Shown here one piece after another: positions 55,740-64,000 of a stretch of DNA of 64,000 nt (its first letter is position 1; each line of letters starts with the position of its first letter). The notes under the pieces are model-generated. The model did not search any database. It saw only the letters and a program-made list of their open reading frames with translations, and was not told the origin of the DNA. Origin of the DNA: an uncultured delta proteobacterium (GTDB lineage Bacteria > Desulfobacterota > Desulfobacteria > Desulfobacterales > UBA2156); the NCBI GenBank assembly GCA_963736855.1, contig CAVTQK010000021.1, forward strand, positions 320,001-384,000, written 5' to 3'. Both the position numbers and the translations under genes were made by a program.

Positions 55740-56495
55740 ATGAAAAGAAGCGTATCCGTTGTGATTTGCGCTTATAATGAAGAAAAAACTGTCGGGTTTG
55801 TACTTAAGAAAGTCAGAAAATTGGAATTTGTCGATGAGATTGTAATTGTGGACAACGGCTCTACCGATAATACGTATCAAGTTATTCTTGATGCCAAAGA
55901 AAACGATGTTAGAGTAAAATTACTGCGTGTAAAAAAAAATATCGGGCTTGGATTCGGACTAAAAACAGCGATTCAACACACCTCAGGAGATATCGTTGTT
56001 CGTCAGGATGCGGATCTTGAGTACGACCCATTTGAACTGTCCAGCTTGATCGAACAAATTGAAAATGGACATGCAGATGTTGTATATGGATCGAGGATGC
56101 TGGTAAAAAAAGCCCACAAAGTGCATTATTTTTACAACTATCTTGCCAATGTCGCACTTTCTTTTTGTAATAATTTAGTCACGAATCTGTTTCTTTCCGA
56201 CGTGGAAACAGCCGCAAAAGCATTTAATGGAAAAATTTTAAGATCAATCAAAATTGTCTCCAATGGATTTGAAATTGAAAATGAGCTGACTATTAAGCTT
56301 AAGAGAATAAAATGCATATTCTATGAAGTTCCTATATCCTACTACGGGCGTACTTTTGATGAAGGAAAAAAAATCAGGGCTTGGGATGGGTTTAAGGCAT
56401 TATATTATATCTTTCATTTCAAAGTCTGCAGCTATTTCATAAAAACTCCCGATGGAACGATCCATAATCTCAGTTTCAGAAATGAAAATCTTTAG
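55740..56495 (+). CDS. GT2, polyprenol-phosphate glycosyltransferase (DPM1-like)
   Basis: AYNEE, DNGSTD, QDADLEYDP, YGSR, DVET..K, EVPISYYGRT..EGKKI. Confidence 0.9.
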   Translation: MKRSVSVVICAYNEEKTVGFVLKKVRKLEFVDEIVIVDNGSTDNTYQVILDAKENDVRVKLLRVKKNIGLGFGLKTAIQHTSGDIVVRQDADLEYDPFELSSLIEQIENGHADVVYGSRMLVKKAHKVHYFYNYLANVALSFCNNLVTNLFLSDVETAAKAFNGKILRSIKIVSNGFEIENELTIKLKRIKCIFYEVPISYYGRTFDEGKKIRAWDGFKALYYIFHFKVCSYFIKTPDGTIHNLSFRNENL

Positions 56496-57759
56496 CCTCA
56501 TTAGCATCAGCATCGTCTCTTTGTTGGTCATCGTTTTTAGAGATTTTTCACTTTTTTATGCCCCACGCTTTTGGGCGGAAGAAGGGGCCTTTTGGTTTGC
56601 TCATGCTTTTTCTCATGATTGGTTTGACGTAATATTCACAAACCAAGTGGGATATTATAACTTTTACAGCCAATTCGCCGCTTTGATTGCATCAAGAACA
56701 GTTCCGCTGGAACATGCACCGATCGTCACTACGATAATGGCATTTCTAGTGCAATACGCTGCGATTATGATTGTTGTATGGGGTCATTCCACTCTCTGGA
56801 ATACAACGATTACCAAAGCGATCACAACAGCCATTATCTTATTTGCCCCCAGAACACCTGAAATATGGCTCAATACAAATGGGAGCCAATACTTCCTTTC
56901 ACTGATTACTGTTTTAATTTTGCTTTCCGATTGCAGCTTTAAATCTGTTGTAACAAAATACGTTTACCGGTTGCTTCTTGTTATAAGCGGATTAACAGGT
57001 TTATTATCTTGCGGACTGACATTTTTATTCGTTTATAAAGGATGGAAAACACGAGAGAAGGAAACTTATATTCATTCAATGATTCTCATATCATGTTGTA
57101 TCGTACAACTTTTTACGCTATTTATCGAGCAGAGCAGACAAAATTATCCTTCTATAACGGTTGCATCTCTTATCGTCTGGATCAGGGTTTTCGCGGCTCC
57201 TTTCAGTATGAATCTCGCAAAAACGATTACTCAGTATTCATTTTCAATCTTTGGAACAACGCTTTTTCATATATGGGGATTAACGGCACTATTTGCTCAG
57301 ATTGCTATTTTATGGATATTTATAAATAAAATTCCCAAACCCAAAAATGCATTAATTGTCGGAAGCTTTTTGTTTCTATGTTACTTCTCCGCCTATTTTG
57401 GCATCGGAGCAAAACAAAACATGGCTTTAATGAACGTCACCGTTGCGAACCGATACTTTTATGTACCCTGTGCATTGATATTAATGATGATTTTATTTTC
57501 AATTAATTTAAAAGAAAATCGGTTTTTTCATAACGTACAGTCAGGGGCCCTTATTATTCTTCTGGTGACAGGTTTGATAAACGGTCACTTCTGGTTTAGA
57601 AGCGAAAAATTAAAAAAAGAAACCTGGACCAATTGGAAAGATGAAGTCAAAATATGGAATCAAAACTCCTCCTACCAACCTAAAATATGGCCGACCGGAT
57701 GGAAAATTACGTTATCTCCCAGAAGAGATGAAATCGAATATCTGCATAAAAAGCAATAA
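56482..57759 (+). CDS. Polytopic membrane protein, probable GT-C-type glycosyltransferase
   Basis: First loop PRFWAEEG; about 11 TM segments; RYF late motif; directly follows a DPM1-like GT2. Confidence 0.55.
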   Translation: MKIFSLISISIVSLLVIVFRDFSLFYAPRFWAEEGAFWFAHAFSHDWFDVIFTNQVGYYNFYSQFAALIASRTVPLEHAPIVTTIMAFLVQYAAIMIVVWGHSTLWNTTITKAITTAIILFAPRTPEIWLNTNGSQYFLSLITVLILLSDCSFKSVVTKYVYRLLLVISGLTGLLSCGLTFLFVYKGWKTREKETYIHSMILISCCIVQLFTLFIEQSRQNYPSITVASLIVWIRVFAAPFSMNLAKTITQYSFSIFGTTLFHIWGLTALFAQIAILWIFINKIPKPKNALIVGSFLFLCYFSAYFGIGAKQNMALMNVTVANRYFYVPCALILMMILFSINLKENRFFHNVQSGALIILLVTGLINGHFWFRSEKLKKETWTNWKDEVKIWNQNSSYQPKIWPTGWKITLSPRRDEIEYLHKKQ

Positions 57760-57811
57760 GAAGAAATTACCCGTCCGGAAACGATCCGGATAAACCATTA
57801 AACAGATTAAT

Positions 57812-60184
57812 ATGGGTAGAACTATTTTTAATAAAAATTTTTTTGGTTTTAGTAATAAAAATTACATTTTAATTGTGTCATTATCAATTGCAATTGGATT
57901 TTATTGTTATCAGGACTATTTATTATTCAAAAAAATTTTTGTTTTTACCGGATTTGCATCAGATACCATCCGACAATTTTTTGCGGATTATTATTTCCGG
58001 TCTGAACGCCTTTTTTCAGGAAATTTCTCATTCTGGTCTTTTCAACATGACCTGGGTATGAATGTTTATCCGGTTATCGCTAATTTTAATCCTTTTGATG
58101 TTATTACGATTCTATTCGGTCGGGAGCATCTTGCATACGCAATTCCTTATATCGTATTGCTGAAAATCGTTCTAACCGGTCTGATATTTTTTGCATTTCT
58201 CAAAAAGCTGAACATTTCCGATTATCCGGCGGCAGCGGGATCCCTATTATTTTCATTCTGCGGCTACGTGACCATAAACAGCCATTGGTATCACTACCTT
58301 AATTATGCACTTTTCGCATCGCTCATGCTGTTTCTTTTTGAAAGATGGTTTCAGGATGGAAAATGGCTTTTAATGGTTTTGGCTATCGGCTTTGCATGCA
58401 TTAAAGGAGTTTTACAGCTTTATCAGTTTATTTTCTTTCTTACACTGTATGGGCTTTTCAGGATTGTTTATGAAAATGGATTTCACTTGAAAGAAATCCT
58501 AATCTTCTATCCCAAATTGTATACCCTTTACGGGATCGGAATAGGGCTGGGCGCCTTTTATATACTACCTGAACTCTATCAAGCGACGAGTTCTGCAAGA
58601 GGCGGGGAATCGATTCAAAAATTTGCGCTGGTTCAGTGGATTTTAGACGCGTTCAAATTGAATGACCCGGTGAATATTAGGACCTTTTTGTTTCGTTACC
58701 TTTCAAATGATATTCTGGGATCTTTTGAGAGATTCAGGGGAGCAGGAAATTATTTGGAGGCACCATCATCCTATTCAGGCCTTATTGCTCTTTTTATTAC
58801 TCCGATAGTCTTTATCAACCAGAATAGCAGGCGGAAAATCGCATTCATGCTTTTTGTGTCCGCCATGCTTCTATATTTTCTTTTCCCTTATATCAGAGTT
58901 ATCGGTAACGCATTTGCTAGTGGAACTTACAAACATACAATAATGTACAACTCGATAATTCTTATCATTATGGCTTCATTTGCGATAGACCGGTTATTTA
59001 CTGACCACGTCGATCGGATAGGATATATTTTTATTTCATTTGCATTTTTTTTCGGAATATGGATCATCGGCTGGACAGCAAAAGAACTGCGGATCGAAAA
59101 TGATGTATTACATAAAGTCGGTCTCTTTATGGTTTTTTACGGAGTAATATTTAGTGCCTTCTATTTTCCCAAGGTGAATACAATTGCAAAATACGCTCTG
59201 TTTGTTGTTGTTATTATCGAGCTGGCCGTATTTTCCCGAATAACCGTTTCACGCAGCAGCGGTCCGCTCACCCCCGGATTTATTGAAAGAGGGGAGCGAT
59301 ATTTTGACAAAGATACCTTGAATGCGCTGGAGTTCATAAAAGCTACGGATCATACATTTTATCGCACCGAGAAAGGATATGTTTCGGATTATTTAAATGA
59401 TGCCGTGGTACAGAAGTATTATGGAACTTCTGCCTATTATGGATTTTCTGCCATCGGTGTCGTCGATTTTCATAAATCGATGAAAATCTCTCCACAATCC
59501 CCGAGAATTGCCTCTTACCGGTATGGACTTTCCAAACGAGATAAACTCCAGTCATTACTATGCGTCAAATATTATTTGAGCAAGAAAATGGACGACATGC
59601 CCTATGGCTTTGATTACGTCCGATCATTTGGAACTGTTCATCTGTTTCAAAATCGAAAATCTATGCCGCTTGGAATCGCGTACCACCGACATATCCAAAG
59701 GAATGACTTTGAACAGCTTCAGGTCGAAACAAAAGAAGAGGTACTCTTAAAGGCATTTGTTTCCGATAAAGAATATGAAGATCTGGAACGAATAATCCCT
59801 TCGCCAAGTATGTTTTTGGAAAAAAACGATTACACAAAGGATCAGCAGTCGGAAGGTTTTGAAATATCTTCATTTAAAGAGAATGTGATTAAAGGGAAAA
59901 TCCATTTAAAGAATGAAGGAATGCTCTTTTTCTCTATTCCTTTTGATAAAGGATGGACCGCGATTGTGAATGGAAAAGAAAAAAAGCCGGATTTAATCAA
60001 CATCGCATTTATGGGCTTGAACTTGAAACAAGGAGAGCATGATATAGAGTTGAGATTCGTTCCTCCTTATCTGTATCATGGGATCGTGATTTCTTTTTTG
60101 ACCACTATTTTAGTCATCATTTTATATACTCGATTTCCGAATATCCACGCGACTGAGATTCATTCCAAGGTAAAGCCTTTATGA
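57812..60184 (+). CDS. YfhO-family membrane protein (GT-C)
   Basis: SDTIRQF loop, FSFWSF...LG, LFSFCGY; C-terminal LFFSIPFDKGWTA.VNG, GEHDIEL.F.PP followed by a TM helix. Confidence 0.88.
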   Translation: MGRTIFNKNFFGFSNKNYILIVSLSIAIGFYCYQDYLLFKKIFVFTGFASDTIRQFFADYYFRSERLFSGNFSFWSFQHDLGMNVYPVIANFNPFDVITILFGREHLAYAIPYIVLLKIVLTGLIFFAFLKKLNISDYPAAAGSLLFSFCGYVTINSHWYHYLNYALFASLMLFLFERWFQDGKWLLMVLAIGFACIKGVLQLYQFIFFLTLYGLFRIVYENGFHLKEILIFYPKLYTLYGIGIGLGAFYILPELYQATSSARGGESIQKFALVQWILDAFKLNDPVNIRTFLFRYLSNDILGSFERFRGAGNYLEAPSSYSGLIALFITPIVFINQNSRRKIAFMLFVSAMLLYFLFPYIRVIGNAFASGTYKHTIMYNSIILIIMASFAIDRLFTDHVDRIGYIFISFAFFFGIWIIGWTAKELRIENDVLHKVGLFMVFYGVIFSAFYFPKVNTIAKYALFVVVIIELAVFSRITVSRSSGPLTPGFIERGERYFDKDTLNALEFIKATDHTFYRTEKGYVSDYLNDAVVQKYYGTSAYYGFSAIGVVDFHKSMKISPQSPRIASYRYGLSKRDKLQSLLCVKYYLSKKMDDMPYGFDYVRSFGTVHLFQNRKSMPLGIAYHRHIQRNDFEQLQVETKEEVLLKAFVSDKEYEDLERIIPSPSMFLEKNDYTKDQQSEGFEISSFKENVIKGKIHLKNEGMLFFSIPFDKGWTAIVNGKEKKPDLINIAFMGLNLKQGEHDIELRFVPPYLYHGIVISFLTTILVIILYTRFPNIHATEIHSKVKPL

Positions 60185-61122
60185 AAAAATTATCCATCGT
60201 CATTCCTGTATTTAATGAAGTTACGAACGTTAAAAAAGTCCATCAAGAAATTGTCGAGGTTTGTGATCAGGAAGGGTATGAATATGAAATTATTTTTATT
60301 GATGACGGCTCGACGGATGGCACTTATGACATTCTCAAGGGATTATCTCCTGTTAAGCTCCTGATAATGAGAAAAAATTTCGGACAGACCGCCGCCATGG
60401 ACGCTGGTATCAAACACGCCCGGAATGAATATCTCATCACCATGGATGGAGATCTTCAGAACGATCCCAGAGATATACCGCGCCTCATTCATCACCTTGA
60501 GGAAAATGATCTTGATGTGGTCTCAGGATGGCGGGAGAATCGTCAGGACAATGCATCCAAACGGTTTGCTTCCCGAGGAGCGAACCTGATTCGAAAACTT
60601 CTCTTGAAAGACGAAATCCATGACAGCGGATGTTCGCTTAAAATATTCAGAAAGAAATGCTTTGAACATGTCAGTTTATATGGTGAAATGCATCGGTTTA
60701 TCCCAGCTATCCTTAAAATAAAGGGATTTAAAATCGGCGAAATCCCGGTAAGTCACCGACCGCGAATCACCGGTGAAACAAAATATAACTGGAAAAGAAC
60801 AGTCAAAGGATTCGTTGACATCATTTCAGTTTGGTTCTGGAACAAATACGCGGTTCGTCCCCTTCATTTGTTAGGAGGAGGAGGCCTTTTTATTTTGATT
60901 TGCGGACTGCTTATTTCAACATATACATTTTTCCTTTTTCTTCAGGGGCAAGATCTATCCAATACCGTATTTCCGCTTTTATCGGTATTTTTAATCACAA
61001 CGGGAATTCAGCTCTTCATTTTCGGGTTGCTTGCCGATATTATTCTAAAAATATATTTTGAGAAAACACGCGATGTGGCCTATTCGATAAAGGAGTTCAT
61101 TGAAAATAAAAGCCGAGGATAG
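60181..61122 (+). CDS. GT2, undecaprenyl-phosphate glycosyltransferase (ArnC/GtrB-like)
   Basis: IPVFNE, DDGSTD, RKNFGQT, MDGDLQNDP, HRFIP, HRPR..G.TKY; two C-terminal TM helices. Confidence 0.9.
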   Translation: MKKLSIVIPVFNEVTNVKKVHQEIVEVCDQEGYEYEIIFIDDGSTDGTYDILKGLSPVKLLIMRKNFGQTAAMDAGIKHARNEYLITMDGDLQNDPRDIPRLIHHLEENDLDVVSGWRENRQDNASKRFASRGANLIRKLLLKDEIHDSGCSLKIFRKKCFEHVSLYGEMHRFIPAILKIKGFKIGEIPVSHRPRITGETKYNWKRTVKGFVDIISVWFWNKYAVRPLHLLGGGGLFILICGLLISTYTFFLFLQGQDLSNTVFPLLSVFLITTGIQLFIFGLLADIILKIYFEKTRDVAYSIKEFIENKSRG

Positions 61123-61128
61123 CCTGAT

Positions 61129-62922
61129 TTGATTCGATTCAACGCATATTTGATGTTAACCAAAGTGATGGCTTCAATTCGAAGCCAGGGGATCATCAAT
61201 ACCTTTCATAAAACGCTTTTATATCTGAAACAGAATCGGGATTTCATTACACCCGGCAAATTTTTTACGGAATATGAGAAGCGGGTGCAGTTAAGATCTC
61301 CTTCGGCCAATTTAATCGAAAATGAGATAAAATATCTCACGCGGTATCCGAAAATCAGCATGATCATGCCGGTGTTCAACGTGGATATCAGATGGCTGTC
61401 TAAAGCCGTCGATTCGGTTCAAAAACAACTCTACACCAAATGGGAACTCTGCATCGTTGACGATGGATCTTCAAAATGCGAAACACTTGAATTTTTAAAG
61501 ACAATCCGGAACCCGAAAATTAAGATCAAGTTTTTAGAAAAAAATTACGGAATTTCTGAAGCAACCAATCTGGCAGTCGGTATCGCAGACGGAGAATATA
61601 TCGCATTTCTTGATCATGACGATGAAATTACTTCGGATGCGCTCTATGAAGTTGTGAAAGCCATCAACGTGTCAAATCCGGATTTCATCTATTCTGATGA
61701 AGATAAAATCGATCAAAATCAGAAACGTCGAAATCCGTTTTTTAAACCCGATTGGTCTCCGGATCTTTTGCGCTCCCAGAATTACATATGCCATTTTGCT
61801 GCGGTCCGGAAATCCGTTTTCGATGCTGCTGGAGGTTTCAGAAATGGATTTGAAGGCGCCCAGGACCATGATCTCTTTTTGAGAATTTCTGAAATTACGA
61901 ATCGAATACATCACATTCCGAAAGTGCTTTACAGTTGGCGAGAGATCGAAACATCAACCGCAGGAAATCCGTATTCGAAACCCGATGCCCAGGAAAATGG
62001 GCGCAGGTGTGTCGCGGAGCATGTGCAGCGCCGTTATGGTTCGAATGCTGAAGTTAAAGAATGTGAACATCTTTTTGTGTATGATGTTGCCTTCAAGATT
62101 CCGGATGCTTCTTTGGTGAGTGTCATTATCCCAACCAAGGATAACATCCGATATCTGGATGCTTGTATTGAAAGCATTATTGAAAAATCATCCTATCGAA
62201 ATTATGAAATTATTATTCTGGATAATCGTTCTGAAAGGGCGGAGAGTCAGGTCTGGTTTTCCCGTATTGTTGAACAACATGACCGGATTCGAGTGATCAA
62301 AGCGGATTACCCTTTCTGCTGGTCGAAATTGAACAATCAGGGAATTTCAGAGGCAAGAGGAAATGTTTTTATTTTTTTAAATAATGATACAAAAGTGATC
62401 TCTGAGGACTGGATTGAACGATTAAGCGGTGAGGCATTAAGAGAGGATGTGGGTGCCGTAGGCCCATTGTTATTGTATGAAGATGGGACCATCCAGCACG
62501 CAGGCGTTGTGGTTGGTCTAGGGGGATGGGCGGATCATATATTCAAAGCCATGAAACCGGTTCATTACGGATCTCCGTATGTTTCCCCGATGCTTAAAAG
62601 AAATGTTCTAGCAGTCACCGGTTCATGCATGGCGATGTCGAGGAAGACCATCGAAAAACTTGGCGGATTTGAGGAAAAGTTTATCATCTGCGGAAGCGAC
62701 GTGGAAATGTGCATCCGGGCGCATGAGGCAGGCCTGGTAAACATTTATAATCCGTTTGTGAAGCTCTACCACTTTGAATCCAAGACGCGGATTGCCCATG
62801 ATATCCCAAAATGTGATTTTGAGATGTCGATTCGACATTATAAGCATTACCGTGAAATCGGCGGAGATCCCTTTTACAACAGGAATCTTTCCTTGAAAGA
62901 TACAACCCCGAGTTTGATTTAA
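61129..62922 (+). CDS. Double-GT2 glycosyltransferase (WsaE/RfbC-like)
   Basis: FLDHDD, YSDEDK, FKPDWSP, GAQDHD; IIPTKD, FLNNDT, QHAGV, GSDVE. Confidence 0.9.
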   Translation: MIRFNAYLMLTKVMASIRSQGIINTFHKTLLYLKQNRDFITPGKFFTEYEKRVQLRSPSANLIENEIKYLTRYPKISMIMPVFNVDIRWLSKAVDSVQKQLYTKWELCIVDDGSSKCETLEFLKTIRNPKIKIKFLEKNYGISEATNLAVGIADGEYIAFLDHDDEITSDALYEVVKAINVSNPDFIYSDEDKIDQNQKRRNPFFKPDWSPDLLRSQNYICHFAAVRKSVFDAAGGFRNGFEGAQDHDLFLRISEITNRIHHIPKVLYSWREIETSTAGNPYSKPDAQENGRRCVAEHVQRRYGSNAEVKECEHLFVYDVAFKIPDASLVSVIIPTKDNIRYLDACIESIIEKSSYRNYEIIILDNRSERAESQVWFSRIVEQHDRIRVIKADYPFCWSKLNNQGISEARGNVFIFLNNDTKVISEDWIERLSGEALREDVGAVGPLLLYEDGTIQHAGVVVGLGGWADHIFKAMKPVHYGSPYVSPMLKRNVLAVTGSCMAMSRKTIEKLGGFEEKFIICGSDVEMCIRAHEAGLVNIYNPFVKLYHFESKTRIAHDIPKCDFEMSIRHYKHYREIGGDPFYNRNLSLKDTTPSLI

Positions 62923-62937
62923 GCATTGTTTGAGCAA

Positions 62938-64000
62938 ATGATCGAAAGCGTTGCAAAAGAACTCCGAAAATATAATTGGGCGCGGCAAATATACCGTGTC
63001 ATCAAAGGAATAGACTTTTTATATTCCATCCCTCAGATTGTTCCGATCAAAATAATCAAGAGCCGCTTCCCTTTCAAAAGAATCAACCTGGTTATTCCAT
63101 CAATCAATAAGGAACATCTTTTCGGAGGAGCATCGACGGCACTGGATCTTTTTAACGCCATCGCAAACCAGCCACGAGAAAAATTTTCCACCCGGATTCT
63201 TTTAACGGATGCAGTACCAAACAGGGATGATCTTGAAAAATTTCCACACCACCATATGGTATCATCTGAAGAGGATTCGGATGGAGAACATCAAATTCTA
63301 CCGGTTGTCCATAAATATCAAAAAAATGTTTTTGTCGCCCCGAAGGATCGGTTTCTATCCACCTCATGGTGGACTGCCTATGCTACAATTCATATGGTTT
63401 CCCAACAATCTGCAGAAATGGGCCGGCAATGCAATCGAATGGGATATTTGATCCAGGATTATGAGCCTGGTTTTTATAACTGGTCCTCCCATTTTATTTT
63501 GGCAGAATCGACTTATAGGTCAAATGTTTTTACGATACCCATCTTTAACTCAACATTTTTGAGGGATTACTTCAACAGCAAAGGATACCGATTTGAAACA
63601 GAGTTCGTGTTTGAACCCAGATTAAACCCGGTTTTAAAACAATATTTAACTCTGGCTGAGAGGAATATCCGAGACAAAAAGATTTTAATCTACGGCAGGC
63701 CTTCAGTTTCAAGAAACTGCTTCACTTTGATTGTCGAAGCACTTAAAATCTGGTCAAGTTTAGAACCGAGTCTCAAGGAGTGGGAAGTGATCTCCATCGG
63801 TGAAAGTCATAAACCGGTTACACTGGGGAATGGAAAAGTGCTGAAATCTCTTGGCAAGCTTAGCTTAGAAGCATATGCGGAGCTTCTTTCCCGCAGCGCG
63901 ATAGGGCTTTCTTTGATGGTATCTCCGCATCCAAGTTATCCCCCACTTGAAATGGCTCATTTCGGTCTTTTAACGATTACGAACTCCTTTGCGAATAAAA
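62938..64000 (+). CDS. WsaF-like (rhamnosyl)transferase, 3'-partial; absent from the ORF track
   Basis: Open frame from ATG 62938 to the window end: RINLVIPSI...FGGASTA, TSWWTAY, IQDYEPGFY, YGRPSVSRN, SPHPSYPPLEMA. Confidence 0.85.
   Translation, partial: MIESVAKELRKYNWARQIYRVIKGIDFLYSIPQIVPIKIIKSRFPFKRINLVIPSINKEHLFGGASTALDLFNAIANQPREKFSTRILLTDAVPNRDDLEKFPHHHMVSSEEDSDGEHQILPVVHKYQKNVFVAPKDRFLSTSWWTAYATIHMVSQQSAEMGRQCNRMGYLIQDYEPGFYNWSSHFILAESTYRSNVFTIPIFNSTFLRDYFNSKGYRFETEFVFEPRLNPVLKQYLTLAERNIRDKKILIYGRPSVSRNCFTLIVEALKIWSSLEPSLKEWEVISIGESHKPVTLGNGKVLKSLGKLSLEAYAELLSRSAIGLSLMVSPHPSYPPLEMAHFGLLTITNSFANK

Noticed and set aside
57774..57790. tccgga-aacga-tccgga inverted repeat in an intergenic gap
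   Set aside because: The 6-bp stem uses a hexamer that is frequent throughout the window, and there is no U-tract.

Overview
The whole 64 kb is an internal segment of one very large bacterial cell-surface glycan locus. About 47 genes all lie on the + strand, are tightly packed, and run off both ends of the window. Nucleotide-sugar pathways present: GDP-fucose (gmd, fcl), CDP-3,6-dideoxyhexose (rfbF, rfbG, rfbJ/S-like, rfbH) and a GDP-mannose 3,5-epimerase-like SDR. Transfer and transport functions: many GT2 and GT4 glycosyltransferases, several polyprenol-phosphate-sugar synthases, flippase-like proteins and GT-C-type membrane transferases. Tailoring functions: two AsnB-like amidotransferases, two radical SAM enzymes, a GlpD-like flavoprotein, methyl- and acetyltransferases, and an MBOAT/SGNH pair. 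The most unusual content is a VTC (polyphosphate-polymerase fold) + DUF4956 membrane protein + CotH kinase module, with a second CotH paralogue upstream and a CFI-box-CTERM surface esterase beside it. Also notable are two giant GT2 proteins with 37-38-aa 'PLFD..YY...NPDV' repeat arrays (one a recent 339-bp x4 expansion fused to degenerate GT2 domains) and a cryptic kinase-like gene hidden by frameshifts. Many genes are split by single-base indels that look like long-read consensus errors; I re-joined them by reading across frames. No rRNA, tRNA, CRISPR or mobile element was recognised. All family calls come from motif recognition by eye, not database searches.
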